The notes beneath the pieces were generated by a model. The model made no database searches. It worked only from the letters and a program-made list of their open reading frames with translations, and had not been told where the DNA came from. This document shows positions 9,037 through 19,125 of a stretch of 38,263 nucleotides of DNA, piece by piece. How positions within the stretch are numbered: position 1 is the first letter of the stretch; the number at the start of each line of letters is the position of its first letter. The stretch is taken from NCBI GenBank assembly GCA_046757665.1, contig JBHHYO010000015.1:1-38263 (forward strand), given 5' to 3'. Position numbers and translations under genes: made by a program. The DNA is from Nitrospinales bacterium (GTDB lineage Bacteria; Nitrospinota; Nitrospinia; Nitrospinales; JAJDAT01).

Positions 9037-9187
9037 TCACGCGGGAATGACCTCATCCCTGACGAAATGCAGGCGGATCATGGAAGGTTTGTCGTTTTCT
9101 CCGAAATGGCAGGCTACGGCGTCCCGCGTCATTTTTTTCAGGTCCTCAAGGTTGTCCGCCTCGGTAAAGATCGAGTCCCAAGGCCCT
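9037..9187 (-). pseudogene. Truncated, frameshifted HicB-like antitoxin
   Basis: RALG / frameshift / SIFTEADNLEDLKKMTRDAVACHFGENDKPSMIRLHFVRDEVIPA* matches the small HicB-like family often mislabelled 2-oxoisovalerate dehydrogenase. The N-terminus is missing. Confidence 0.7.
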
Positions 9188-9265
9188 GATCTTCCTAAAA
9201 ATTAGTGGGCTACATTAAGCGACATTGGCACAACCCTTGGCTATCAACGTTCCGCCTGTGGCAAG

Positions 9266-9676
9266 TCAATCTTTCAGGCTGAACTTTCCCGAGCCCATCA
9301 GCAGGATGGAGACCAGGACGGCGATCAGGATCATGTTGTATTCGTAACCGGAGTTGACGATATCGAATCCGTTCCGGCCGGTCACGGCAACGATGGCGAC
9401 GGCCATGGTGGCGATGAGGGGGATGGTGGCCCAGCGGGCGAGGAATCCGAGTATCAACGCCAGGCCGCAAAAGAACTCCGCGCCGGCGGCCAGGTAGGCG
9501 CTGATTTCCGGATAGGGGATTTGCAGGTTTTTCAGGTAGCGGGTGAACCCCGCCATGCCCGCGCCGCCGAAGGGGGCGAACAGTTTCAAGACGCCATGGT
9601 AAACAAACACGACGCCCGTCGATACCCGCAAAATGATTTTCGCCGCTTCGGGAAACGTCGAGGTGAATTTCAGCAT
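9266..9676 (-). CDS. DoxX family membrane protein
   Basis: LRVSTGVVFVYHGVLKLF, AEFFCGLALILG, GYEYN and GSGKFSL motifs. Confidence 0.93.
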   Translation of the reverse strand: MLKFTSTFPEAAKIILRVSTGVVFVYHGVLKLFAPFGGAGMAGFTRYLKNLQIPYPEISAYLAAGAEFFCGLALILGFLARWATIPLIATMAVAIVAVTGRNGFDIVNSGYEYNMILIAVLVSILLMGSGKFSLKD

Positions 9677-9756
9677 AAATCCTCTCTTTAGACGGAAAGA
9701 TCAAAGAATACAACAGGCGAGTTTGCGGGAAAAACGACGGGACGCACCCGTCGGGA

Positions 9757-10518
9757 TTAAATTTCCTCGGCGATCAATGCCTTTAACTTGGTGCGCAGCT
9801 TGAGCACGGCCTTGGAGTGGATTTGCGACACCCGCGACTCGGTGATGCCCAGCACCTCGCCGATTTCCTTCATGGTCAACTCTTCGTAATAATACAGGGA
9901 AATCATCAGGCGCTCTTTTTCCGGCAGGGTGTCGATCGCCTTGGCGATGATGCCTTTCAGTTCGCTGAGGTGGAGTTGAACCTGCGGGTCGGCGTCGGCC
10001 TTGCCCGCCAGGCAGTCCAGGAGGCTCCGGGCATCGCCCTCGTCCCTGGATATTCCCAGTTCCTCCAAACTCAACATGGGCATGGTTTGCGTCTGGTTGA
10101 GCGTTTCAAAGAACTCGTCTATGCTGATGCCCATTTCACTGGCGATTTCCTCATGTTCGGGGGGACGCCCCATTTGGGCCTGCAGTTTTTGGCAGACCGC
10201 GTCCAGCGAGGAGGCTTTCTGGCGGATGGACCGCGGCACCCAGTCCATGGAGCGCAGTTCGTCGAGGATGGCGCCGCGCACCCGGAACTCCGCGTAGGTC
10301 TTGAATTTCGCTCCCCGGTTGGGGTCGAACTTTTCGATCGCGTCAATCAGTCCCAGCACGCCGACGCTGATCAAGTCGTCCATTTCAACCTGCGGCGGCA
10401 GGCGGAGCGCGATGCGGTTGGCCACGTATTTGACCATCGGAGCGTATTCCTGGATCACCCGATCCGAATTTTCGGGAGAAATTTTGATTTCTTCCAATGT
10501 CTGGGATTTTTGCGTCAT
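9757..10518 (-). CDS. fliA: RNA polymerase sigma-28 factor FliA/WhiG
   Basis: DLISVGVLGLIDAIEKFD, GAILDELRSMDWVPRS and LTMKEIGEVLGITESRVSQIH motifs. Confidence 0.97.
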   Translation of the reverse strand: MTQKSQTLEEIKISPENSDRVIQEYAPMVKYVANRIALRLPPQVEMDDLISVGVLGLIDAIEKFDPNRGAKFKTYAEFRVRGAILDELRSMDWVPRSIRQKASSLDAVCQKLQAQMGRPPEHEEIASEMGISIDEFFETLNQTQTMPMLSLEELGISRDEGDARSLLDCLAGKADADPQVQLHLSELKGIIAKAIDTLPEKERLMISLYYYEELTMKEIGEVLGITESRVSQIHSKAVLKLRTKLKALIAEEI

Positions 10519-10535
10519 GGGTCAATTCTCGCGGA

Positions 10536-10787
10536 TCAAGCGACCTTTTCCAGATTCTGACCTTTTTGATTGTTGTCGGACTCGGCGTCCTCTTTCCCAT
10601 CTTCCTCTTCTTTCAGCAGGAGGAAACTCAACGCCCACGCCAGCAGTCCGAAAACCAGCCCCGCCTCCACACCCCGGACAAGCGAAGTGACGATCCTGGC
10701 GCCATTGAGCAGACTGCCGAAAGCCAGAACGGCAAAGGACAGCAGAGCGAAACCCGTGGCGATTTTTCTTGCGGTTAATGAGGTCAT
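10536..10787 (-). CDS. Small two-TM hypothetical protein with an acidic tail, between flhG and fliA
   Basis: 83 aa with two hydrophobic segments; its ATG overlaps the flhG stop (ATGA). Confidence 0.7.
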   Translation of the reverse strand: MTSLTARKIATGFALLSFAVLAFGSLLNGARIVTSLVRGVEAGLVFGLLAWALSFLLLKEEEDGKEDAESDNNQKGQNLEKVA

Positions 10788-11650
10788 TGTATGGGGAAAA
10801 TACTGTTCCAGAGAAAGGGTTGTTCCGAATGGTCGGACGCCAATTGGCTTTCGATGACGATCTTCCCGGACAGTTCGTCGATACAGCGGACGGCCCGGCT
10901 ATGGGGGTACAGTTCAAAAAGGGGTTTTTGCTTGCGAACCGCCTTGCGGACATTTTCATCAAACAAAATATAACCCAGATAATCCACCAAAACACCCGGC
11001 AGAAACCGGTCGGTCACCGCCGCCAGATGACGAAAAATTTCCAAGGCCTCCTTTTCCGACTTGACGATATTGAGAATCAGGCGGAACCGGGTCTGACCGT
11101 GTTTTTGGTGCAACACCTTCATCAGGGCATAAGCATCGGTCAGCGAAGTGGGCTCGGGGGTGACGACGAGGATGATCTCGTGAGCCGCCGAACAAAAATA
11201 CGTCACGTTGGAGGATATGCCGGCTCCCGTATCGAAAATAAAAAAATCGTAGGCGTCGCGGATCCGGCCCAGTTCCTCGACCAGGATCAACCGATCCTCC
11301 TTGTTGAGTTGCGTCAGTTCCTGGACGCCGGAAGTCGCGGGCAGGATGTCGATTCCCGCCGGCCCCTTGATGATGATTTCCTCGATGGAGTTTTGCCCGC
11401 TCAACACATGTTGCAAGTTGAGCCTGGGAGCCAGGCCGAGCAGGATGTCGATATTGCCCAGGCCCATGTCGGCGTCGAACACCAACACTCGCCGGCCTCT
11501 TTTCTCAATGGCGCAGGCCAGGTTGGCGACCACGTTGGTTTTGCCGACCCCACCCTTTCCGCTGGTGATGGCCAAGACTTTGAGTGGACCTGTTTTTTTC
11601 CCTCCGTCCATAATTCTTTTCAATGTTTTTGCCTGCCTTCCGGGTTCCAT
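10784..11650 (-). CDS. flhG: Flagellar number regulator, MinD-like ATPase
   Basis: SGKGGVGKT, DADMGLGN, DTGAGIS and TPEPTSLTDAYA motifs; follows flhF. Confidence 0.95.
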   Translation of the reverse strand: MEPGRQAKTLKRIMDGGKKTGPLKVLAITSGKGGVGKTNVVANLACAIEKRGRRVLVFDADMGLGNIDILLGLAPRLNLQHVLSGQNSIEEIIIKGPAGIDILPATSGVQELTQLNKEDRLILVEELGRIRDAYDFFIFDTGAGISSNVTYFCSAAHEIILVVTPEPTSLTDAYALMKVLHQKHGQTRFRLILNIVKSEKEALEIFRHLAAVTDRFLPGVLVDYLGYILFDENVRKAVRKQKPLFELYPHSRAVRCIDELSGKIVIESQLASDHSEQPFLWNSIFPIQ

Positions 11651-11676
11651 TTTTCCGAATTTACCTTATCCCGATT

Positions 11677-12768
11677 TCAGTTAAAAATCAAATGAATAAC
11701 CTTGTCCCTGGCGGCCACTTCAATGTCTTCCGGCACACGTTGCCCGGTCGTAAAGTATGAAAACGGCAATCGGGTTCGCAAGGAAAAATTAAACATCGGT
11801 CCATAGCTGACTCCCTCGTCCAGTTTGGTGAACAAAACCCGGTTGAGGTTCAGGGAAGAAAACTGCCTGAACGCCTCGGAAAAGATTTTTTCCTGCAGGG
11901 TCACGCTAAGGACGAGATAGGTTTCCACCGGCGCGGACCGGCCGAGGATTTCGCTCAACTGACCTGCATACGCGCGGTCGCCGTGGCTCCGCCCCATGGT
12001 ATCGACAAACACATAATCCTTGTCGGAATGTTTGCGCAGAAGTTTGCGAAACTCATCCGGGCCGGAAGCCGTCTCGACGGGGACGCGCATGATTTCGCCG
12101 TAAACTTTCAATTGATCGACCGCGCCGATTCGATACGTATCCAGGGTAATGAGGGCGGCGGTTTTTTTCTCCCGAACAACGCACTGGGCGGCCAGTTTGG
12201 CGATGGTGGTGGTTTTCCCCACGCCGGTGGGGCCGACGAACGCCGCGACTTTCGTTCGGTTTGCCGCCGGGCGGATCGGCCCCTTGCAGACCAGAACGCG
12301 CTTCATCAAATCGGCCAGCAATCGCTTGTGAACCGCCGGGTTGGCATCCGGGCCTGCGGGTTCGCTCCGTTCGAACATTTTCGCCACCAGTTTTTCGTTG
12401 ATGCCGCTGTCCACCAACTGTTGGTACAGCGTCAGTTGATGGCCCTTCAGCCCCATGGCCCGGGCCTTGTCGGTTTGGCTCAACAAGGCATAAACCAGCG
12501 CCCTGAAATCCTCGCCGTCTTCCGGAGCAAGCGCGGCTTGGGGTTCCGGCAGAGCGGTTTCGGCGGCGGGCGCCGATTGCCGCGGTGCATCGGGGAAATC
12601 CCTGGCGGCGGTCAGTTCCACCCACGGTTTCGCTTTCCCGCCGCGGCCCGGAGTTTTCCGTGGCTGGACGGAGCGGGTGTTCAACACCAGGGCATCCTCG
12701 CCCCATTCTTTTTTGACCTGTTGCATGGCGGCCCAATGACTGTCTGCCGTGAATTTTTTAATTTGCAT
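11677..12768 (-). CDS. flhF: Flagellar biosynthesis SRP-type GTPase
   Basis: GPTGVGKTTTIAKLA, DTYRIGA, TKLDE and GQRVPEDI motifs. Confidence 0.96.
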   Translation of the reverse strand: MQIKKFTADSHWAAMQQVKKEWGEDALVLNTRSVQPRKTPGRGGKAKPWVELTAARDFPDAPRQSAPAAETALPEPQAALAPEDGEDFRALVYALLSQTDKARAMGLKGHQLTLYQQLVDSGINEKLVAKMFERSEPAGPDANPAVHKRLLADLMKRVLVCKGPIRPAANRTKVAAFVGPTGVGKTTTIAKLAAQCVVREKKTAALITLDTYRIGAVDQLKVYGEIMRVPVETASGPDEFRKLLRKHSDKDYVFVDTMGRSHGDRAYAGQLSEILGRSAPVETYLVLSVTLQEKIFSEAFRQFSSLNLNRVLFTKLDEGVSYGPMFNFSLRTRLPFSYFTTGQRVPEDIEVAARDKVIHLIFN

Positions 12769-14836
12769 TCAGCGCAACCACTTTCAAAGTTTTGATCTGT
12801 ACGGACGGTGAAATTTCATTGTGCGACAAAATCACCAGTTCCGGCAGGAACCGCTCGGTCAACCGCCGCACATAAGAGCGGATGACGGGCGAAGCCAGCA
12901 GAACCGGCGGCGTCTCGATCTGGGGAACGACGACCTCCACCGCCTCTTTCAAACGGGTGATGATGCGTTCGGCGACTTTCGGCTCCAGCGCCAGAAAGGA
13001 TGCCGTCTCCGTTTTTTGAATGGAGCCGGCGATAATATCCTCCACCTCCCGCTCCAGGGTCAACACGGACAAACTGCCGTCGTCGGCCTGATACTGCTTG
13101 GTGATGGGCCGCGCCAAGGCCTGGCGGACATATTCCGTAAGGGTGTCGGGGTCCTGAACCGTGGGGGCGTAATCCGCCGCCGTTTCCAGGATGGTGCGCA
13201 AATCCCGGATGGAAATCTGTTCCTTCAACAGGTTCTGCAAAATCTTCTGCACCTTGCCGAGGCTCAACAGGTTGGGGATCAATTCCTCGAGCACTTTCGG
13301 ATTGGTCTCCTTGAATTTGTCGAGCAGGTTCTGCGCTTCCTGGCGTCCGACCAGTTCGTGGCCGTGCCGCTTGATGGTTTCCTTGACGTGCGTGGTGATC
13401 ACCGTTGTCGGATCCACGACGGTATATCCCGCGACTTGCGCTTCCTGCTTGCCAGCCTCATTGATCCAAATCGCCGGCAGGCCGAAAGTCGGCTCCTTGG
13501 TCTGGATGCCTTCGATCTGTTTTTCCACCGTGCCGGGATTCATGGCCAACAGTCTGCCCATGATCACCGAACCGTGGGCCACTTCCACCCCCTTGATCAA
13601 AATGGCATACTCATTCGGCTTCAACTGCAAGTTGTCGCGAATGTGGAGAGGCGGCACGATGAATCCCATTTCCAGGGCAAACTGCCTGCGGATCGACTTG
13701 ATCCTCTCGAGCAGTTCACCCTCGCGGTCGGAATCCACCAGCGGAATCAACTCATACCCCACTTCCAGTTCCATCACATCGAGAGGCAGGATGGATTCCA
13801 CCCGTTCGGCCACCGGCGCCTTGGCCTCGTCCTCGGCCTTTTTTCGTTCCAGCAATTTTTGCGAATCGATTTCCTGGTATTTATAGTAGGCAATCGCTCC
13901 GGCAATTCCCGCCAGCAAAAAAAACGGAAGGTGCGGAAGGCCGGGAATCAGGCCAAAGAAAAACAGCGCCGACGAGGCGATAACGAATGCCTTGGGATGG
14001 TCGAAAATCTGCCGTATCAGGTCGGTGGCCAGGTTATTTTCGGAAACGGCGCGCGTCACCACGATACCGGCGGCGGTCGAAACGATCAGCGCCGGGAGCT
14101 GGGACACCAGGCCGTCGCCGATGGTCAACAAGGTGTAAACCTGGGCCGCCTCGCCGATTTGCATGTCCTGTTGAAAGACGCCGATGCTAAACCCGCCGAT
14201 GACGTTGATGAGGGTGATCAAAATTCCGGCCACGGCATCGCCGCGGACAAAACGAATGGCGCCGTCCATGGAACCGTAGAAGTCGGCTTCGCGCTCCAGG
14301 GCCCGGCGGCGGTCGCGCGCGTCCTGTTCCGTGATGATACCCGCGTTCAAATCCGCGTCGATACTCATTTGCTTGCCCGGAATCGCGTCCAGGGTGAACC
14401 GGGCGGCCACTTCGGAGGTACGCACCGTTCCCTTGGTGATGACGATAAAGTTGATGAGGACGAGGATGACAAAAATGACGGCGCCGACCACAAAGTTTCC
14501 GCCCACCACAAAGGCGCCGAATGATTTGATGACCTGCCCGGCGGCGGCGGCGCCCTCGTTGCCGTGCAACAGGATAATGCGGGTGGACGCCACGTTGACC
14601 GCAAGCCGCATCAGGGTAACGATCAGCAACAACGAGGGAAATACGGAAAACTCCAGCACGTTCATCATGAAAACGGAAACCAGCAGGATGATCAGGGAAA
14701 AGGTGATGCTGAAGGACAATAAAATATCCAGAAGAAACGGCGGGATGGGAATGACCATGACCACCAGAATGGCGATCACGGAAACCCCAATCAACACTTC
14801 ATTGGATTTTTTGAGCAGTTCCAGCGGATTGGCCAT
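12758..14836 (-). CDS. flhA: Flagellar export apparatus protein FlhA
   Basis: EVAARFTLDAIPGKQMSIDADLNAG and FYGSMDGAIRFVRGDA motifs. Confidence 0.98.
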   Translation of the reverse strand: MANPLELLKKSNEVLIGVSVIAILVVMVIPIPPFLLDILLSFSITFSLIILLVSVFMMNVLEFSVFPSLLLIVTLMRLAVNVASTRIILLHGNEGAAAAGQVIKSFGAFVVGGNFVVGAVIFVILVLINFIVITKGTVRTSEVAARFTLDAIPGKQMSIDADLNAGIITEQDARDRRRALEREADFYGSMDGAIRFVRGDAVAGILITLINVIGGFSIGVFQQDMQIGEAAQVYTLLTIGDGLVSQLPALIVSTAAGIVVTRAVSENNLATDLIRQIFDHPKAFVIASSALFFFGLIPGLPHLPFFLLAGIAGAIAYYKYQEIDSQKLLERKKAEDEAKAPVAERVESILPLDVMELEVGYELIPLVDSDREGELLERIKSIRRQFALEMGFIVPPLHIRDNLQLKPNEYAILIKGVEVAHGSVIMGRLLAMNPGTVEKQIEGIQTKEPTFGLPAIWINEAGKQEAQVAGYTVVDPTTVITTHVKETIKRHGHELVGRQEAQNLLDKFKETNPKVLEELIPNLLSLGKVQKILQNLLKEQISIRDLRTILETAADYAPTVQDPDTLTEYVRQALARPITKQYQADDGSLSVLTLEREVEDIIAGSIQKTETASFLALEPKVAERIITRLKEAVEVVVPQIETPPVLLASPVIRSYVRRLTERFLPELVILSHNEISPSVQIKTLKVVALNAN

Positions 14837-14945
14837 GTCTTATTCTCTCTACTCGAGCAACCTGTAACCATTTGCCCGCGCGATCGCAAAGCCGGGCAGG
14901 GCAAACGTCAAAAAAGCTTCTATTCGCAGTCTGAACCCTATTTCT

Positions 14946-14961
14946 TGCAAAGCCTATACCG
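14946..14961 (-). promoter_or_regulatory. sigma54 (-24/-12) promoter motif upstream of flhA
   Basis: Minus strand CGGTAT-AGGCT-TTGCA (GG-N10-GC), overlapping the flhB stop. Confidence 0.55.
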
Positions 14962-16027
14962 TTGTTTTCTTTTTCAACTGATAGACATAGGCCAGAATTT
15001 CGGCGATGGCCTTGTACAGGCTTGCCGGGACCAGTTGGCCGACTTCAACGGTCTGGTTCAAGGTTCTGGCCAGCGGCTTGTCCTCGACCAGCGGGATGCC
15101 GTGTTCCCTGGCAATTTCGCGGATTTTCGCGGCCACATGCCCCATGCCCTTGGCTACCACCAGGGGCGCATTATATTTTTCCCGGTCGTATTTGAGAGCA
15201 ACGGCGATATGCGTGGGGTTGGTGACCACTACGTCCGCCTCGGGCACGGCGGCCATCATGCGGCGTTTTGCCATTTCCAGTTGGACGTTGCGGGTGCGCT
15301 GTTTGATTTGCGGGTCGCCTTCCGTCTCCTTGCGTTCCTGCTTGACCTCCTGTTTGGTCATTTTGATGCTCTCGGCGTGCTGAAAGATCTGAAACGCATA
15401 ATCGACCAGCGCCAGAACCATCATGAACAAAAGAGCCTTCAGCATAATTTCCAGGCTCACATCCCCTATGAACGACAACGTTTGACCGACGCTCAGCCCT
15501 CCCAGACCCGGGATTTGATCGAACCGGCTCTTGATGGTGACAAACCCGATCAGGCCCAGCACGCCGATTTTAAAAAGGGATTTGAGCAGTTCGACCAGGG
15601 AGTTTTTGGAAAACAGGCGGCCGATGCCCTTGATCGGGTTGAACTTGCCGAAATTCGGTTTCAGCGGTTGCAAGGAAATTTTGATGCCGCGGGTTTGAAT
15701 AAGATTCGCAACGATCCCCGCAACCATCAAGGACAGCAGGATCGGCCCCATGATCCGCATCGTCTGGTTCGCCACCCATTTCAACAGAAGAAACAGTTCT
15801 TCGGGCGTCAGCCGCATCGCATGTGATTCGCTGAAAATGAACGTCCAGGACTGCATCATGCGCTGGGTCGCCTGCCCGCCGATGGTGAAAAATGCCAGGA
15901 TGGCCGCCATGAGGAGGAACATGGAGGTCAATTCCTTACTGTTGGCAAACTGGCCCTTTTCCTCGGTTTCGCGGACGCGCTTGGATGACGCTGTCTCTGT
16001 TTTTGAGTCTTTGTCTTGCTCGGCCAT
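14954..16027 (-). CDS. flhB: Flagellar export protein FlhB
   Basis: KMTKQEVKQERKETEGDP, NPTH autocleavage site and PLVEDKPLAR. Confidence 0.97.
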   Translation of the reverse strand: MAEQDKDSKTETASSKRVRETEEKGQFANSKELTSMFLLMAAILAFFTIGGQATQRMMQSWTFIFSESHAMRLTPEELFLLLKWVANQTMRIMGPILLSLMVAGIVANLIQTRGIKISLQPLKPNFGKFNPIKGIGRLFSKNSLVELLKSLFKIGVLGLIGFVTIKSRFDQIPGLGGLSVGQTLSFIGDVSLEIMLKALLFMMVLALVDYAFQIFQHAESIKMTKQEVKQERKETEGDPQIKQRTRNVQLEMAKRRMMAAVPEADVVVTNPTHIAVALKYDREKYNAPLVVAKGMGHVAAKIREIAREHGIPLVEDKPLARTLNQTVEVGQLVPASLYKAIAEILAYVYQLKKKTTV

Positions 16028-16055
16028 AACCCCGTCCCCGGGAAAAAACCCGCCG

Positions 16056-16832
16056 TTACATAGTCCGCATCAGTCCCACAAAATGGAAGGGCATGTCGAG
16101 AAACTGTTGCTTGACGATCATGACGAAAAACGTCATGGTCAGCCCGATCATGAGCAGGCCCATTCCGATTTGCAGTGGGAAGGCGACGATGAATACGTTC
16201 ATCTGGGGAACCGTTCTGGCGATCAGCCCCAGAGCCACGCTGATAAAAAACAATACCGCCATGGCCGGCGCCGCCAGCTTGACGGCGGTGACAAAAGCCC
16301 CGGCAAACAAATTCAGGAAAAATTCCATGGTCGAGGCGGAAAAATTAAAATGGTCCGGATTGATGATTTTGAAACTGTCGACTATCGCGTGAATAAAAAA
16401 ATGATGCGCGTCCAGCGCCAGAAAAAGCAGAATCGCGAGGATGCTTTGAAATTGCGCGGTCACCGAAACCTGGGTATTGGTCTGCGGGTCTATCACGTTA
16501 ACCACCCCGAATCCCATCTGAAAATCAATCACGGTTCCGGCAACCTGGACGGCAACAAACACCAGCCGGGCGGCATAGGCAATGATCAACCCGATGGCGC
16601 CCTCGGATAACAGGCGAACGCCGAGGTCCAGCATCCCCCGGGGCCGCACCAACAGAACGGAATCCACCAGCGGAAACACCAGGACGCTCACCATGAAGAT
16701 CAAACCGATTTTCAGGGTGCGCGGTACGGTGCCGCTACCCAGGACGGGCGCAAAAATAACAATCGCCCCAACGCGAATGAATACGAACAGAAAAATCTCA
16801 AATTCTTCATAATTGAAATCGAAAATGTTCAT
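16056..16832 (-). CDS. fliR: Flagellar export protein FliR
   Basis: AGTVIDFQMGF and ARTVPQMNVFIVAFP motifs. Confidence 0.96.
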   Translation of the reverse strand: MNIFDFNYEEFEIFLFVFIRVGAIVIFAPVLGSGTVPRTLKIGLIFMVSVLVFPLVDSVLLVRPRGMLDLGVRLLSEGAIGLIIAYAARLVFVAVQVAGTVIDFQMGFGVVNVIDPQTNTQVSVTAQFQSILAILLFLALDAHHFFIHAIVDSFKIINPDHFNFSASTMEFFLNLFAGAFVTAVKLAAPAMAVLFFISVALGLIARTVPQMNVFIVAFPLQIGMGLLMIGLTMTFFVMIVKQQFLDMPFHFVGLMRTM

Positions 16833-17101
16833 TATTGAATGTAGGCGGGGAAATTCTCCAGCACATTGGACGTGAAGCTGAGAATCAGATGAAGCAACCA
16901 GGGGAAAAACAGGATCAACGCGAAAAACACCGCCAGAATTTTCGGGATGAAGGTCAGGGTCATTTCCTGAATGGACGTTACGGCCTGGAATATGGAAACC
17001 GCCAGCCCCGTTATCAGGCCGAAACCCAGCATGGGGGCGGACAACAGCAGGGTGGTCTTGATGGTTTCCATGGCGAATGAAATGATGAACTCTTCGTTCA
17101 C
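16832..17101 (-). CDS. fliQ: Flagellar export protein FliQ
   Basis: SIFQAVTSIQEMTLTFIPK; GTG start at 17101 with an upstream GGAG. Confidence 0.95.
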   Translation of the reverse strand: MNEEFIISFAMETIKTTLLLSAPMLGFGLITGLAVSIFQAVTSIQEMTLTFIPKILAVFFALILFFPWLLHLILSFTSNVLENFPAYIQ

Positions 17102-17126
17102 AACCGTCCCTCTCCGCGCAAAAAAA

Positions 17127-17891
17127 TCAGGCAAAACTTCTCATCAGCGATCCGACCGTCAGGTGCCAGCCGTCCACCATGACGAACAACATCAATTTGA
17201 ACGGCAGTGAAATCAACACCGGGGGAAGCATCAGCATTCCCATGGAAAGCAGGATGCTGGCCACCACCATATCCAGGATCAAAAACGGAATGTAGATCAA
17301 AAACCCGATTTGAAAAGCGGTTTTCAATTCGCTGATGATAAAAGCCGGAACAATGGAGCGCAGGCTCAAGTCGTCGATGCCGGTGGGCCGTTTTCCATCT
17401 TCCAGGTTGACGAAAAGCGCCAAATCTTTTTCCCGGGTCTGTTCGATCATGAAGGCTTTGATGGGCTTTTGCGCCAATTGAAACGCCTGCACCTGCGAAA
17501 TTTCCTCCTCCAGGTACGGCTGGAGCGCCTTCTGGTTAATTTCCGACCATACCGGTTGCATGATAAAGAACGTCAAAAACAACCCCAGGCCGACCAAAAT
17601 CTGCGTGGGGGGCGTTTGCTGGGTTCCCATCGCCTGGCGCAGAAAGGACAAGACGATAATGACGCGGGTGAACGAAGTCGTCATGATCAAAATCGACGGC
17701 GCCAGCGTCAGGATGGTGAGCAGAAACATGATCTGCAACGAGGTCGATATTTTCTCCGGGGCATCCGTATCTTCAAAGCCGAACTGCACCGTGGGCAAGG
17801 GAATCGCCCAACTGTCGGCCAGAGCCACCCCGAAAACCAGGCCCGCCGCCAAGATCAATATGATTGATGTCTTGCGGATTTTCATCGTCAC
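17127..17891 (-). CDS. fliP: Flagellar export protein FliP
   Basis: TSFTRVIIVLSFLRQAMGTQQTPP, PAFIISELKTAFQIGF and SLPFKLMLFVMVDGW motifs. Confidence 0.97.
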   Translation of the reverse strand: MTMKIRKTSIILILAAGLVFGVALADSWAIPLPTVQFGFEDTDAPEKISTSLQIMFLLTILTLAPSILIMTTSFTRVIIVLSFLRQAMGTQQTPPTQILVGLGLFLTFFIMQPVWSEINQKALQPYLEEEISQVQAFQLAQKPIKAFMIEQTREKDLALFVNLEDGKRPTGIDDLSLRSIVPAFIISELKTAFQIGFLIYIPFLILDMVVASILLSMGMLMLPPVLISLPFKLMLFVMVDGWHLTVGSLMRSFA

Positions 17892-19042
17892 GCCGTTTGC
17901 ATTTTACCGACTTTTTTCCGAATCATCTTGATCACTCCGGCTGTCAACTGCGCTTTCGTCGGCTTAACGTCGGTAAAATGTTTCAGATATTTTCTAAAAT
18001 CCTCGGCGGATTGGTTGACCTCTCTGGGGGTTTGACCGGCGCCGTTTTCCCCGGGGCCGGATGGGGACCACAATTTGCCCGAGGAGCCGTTTTCTTTCTT
18101 GATCTGTTCGATCTTCTTTCCATCCCGAATGGTTGAAAGGAGGGCAATCTGGTCGTTGGAAATTCCCAGGACCAGGACTTCCCCCGCCACCTCAACGAGG
18201 GCGATGGTTTTTCTTGGGGCGATCATGCCGGTTCCCAGCACCTTGATCAGCTTGCCATTGCCGCCCAGCAGGCCGTTTTTCAAAACAAATTTCTTGAACA
18301 GGTAAAAGACGAAAAATACCAGCGCCAAGACCACGGCCAGCATGGAGAACATGGTGATTCCCGAGGAAACCAGGTCGGGAGACGCCGTATCCGGCGAATG
18401 CCGCCAATCGGAAAGTTGAAAGGTTTTTTCATCACCGGCCATCCTTAACGTCTTCACGGCCGGGGAGGCCTTTTCCAGGCCTTGATTCGACGGGCGTTCC
18501 ACCGCATCGTTTGCGGAGTACGGGGAAGAAACATCGGCCGTCTCCACGGACAATCCGGACGCCGCCTCGGCGGCATGGCCTCCGGCTTCTTCCCTGATCT
18601 TTTTGAGAAGTTTCTCCAAAAGGTCCGACTCGGTTTTTTCAACGCGGGCGACGAGAAACCGGCCCTGCCTGCTCAAATGAAACTTGTTGCGAAGGCCGCG
18701 CCCGTCACTGCCAAGCATAAAACGGACGCGGACGGTATGGGGGTCGAACTGCACGGCATATATCTCGGAGACCCGCGAATCGCCCGTGGCAAAGCGCCGC
18801 TTGGCCGGCTTGATAAACGAACCGCCAAGATCCACCTGGACGGACTTTTTATAAAAGACCGGCTCTTTGTAACTGCCCACCGGTTTCCGAAATTCCAGAC
18901 GGAAAACAACCGCGCCCTCTTCCTGCCGCGTGACGATATTCTTCAACAAGTTAAGGTGAGTCAACTCCACCGCCTCGGCGGCGCCGGCGATCAGGAAAAC
19001 CAGAAAGAACAAACCGCTTTTGAAAATCCTTTGCGAATACAT
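17888..19042 (-). CDS. fliO: FliO with a large N-terminal periplasmic extension
   Basis: Signal peptide, beta-rich domain, TM helix, then the FliO core (IKVLGTGMIAPRKTIALVEVAGEVLVLGIS); located between fliN and fliP. Confidence 0.85.
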   Translation of the reverse strand: MYSQRIFKSGLFFLVFLIAGAAEAVELTHLNLLKNIVTRQEEGAVVFRLEFRKPVGSYKEPVFYKKSVQVDLGGSFIKPAKRRFATGDSRVSEIYAVQFDPHTVRVRFMLGSDGRGLRNKFHLSRQGRFLVARVEKTESDLLEKLLKKIREEAGGHAAEAASGLSVETADVSSPYSANDAVERPSNQGLEKASPAVKTLRMAGDEKTFQLSDWRHSPDTASPDLVSSGITMFSMLAVVLALVFFVFYLFKKFVLKNGLLGGNGKLIKVLGTGMIAPRKTIALVEVAGEVLVLGISNDQIALLSTIRDGKKIEQIKKENGSSGKLWSPSGPGENGAGQTPREVNQSAEDFRKYLKHFTDVKPTKAQLTAGVIKMIRKKVGKMQTA

Positions 19043-19109
19043 GGCAGACCACAGAAATAGTTTTTAATTGTGTCAAAAAAAGCATCACTGTCTACGAATA
19101 CAGGAGAGT

Positions 19110-19125
19110 TGCAAAGGATGTACCG
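19110..19125 (-). promoter_or_regulatory. sigma54 promoter motif upstream of fliO
   Basis: Minus strand CGGTAC-ATCCT-TTGCA (GG-N10-GC). Confidence 0.6.

Noticed and set aside
12821-14524. 567-aa plus-strand ORF
   Set aside because: Antisense shadow of flhA.
14856-14870. Second sigma54-like motif upstream of flhA (TGGTTACAGGTTGCT)
   Set aside because: GG-GC spacing is 9 nt rather than the required 10.
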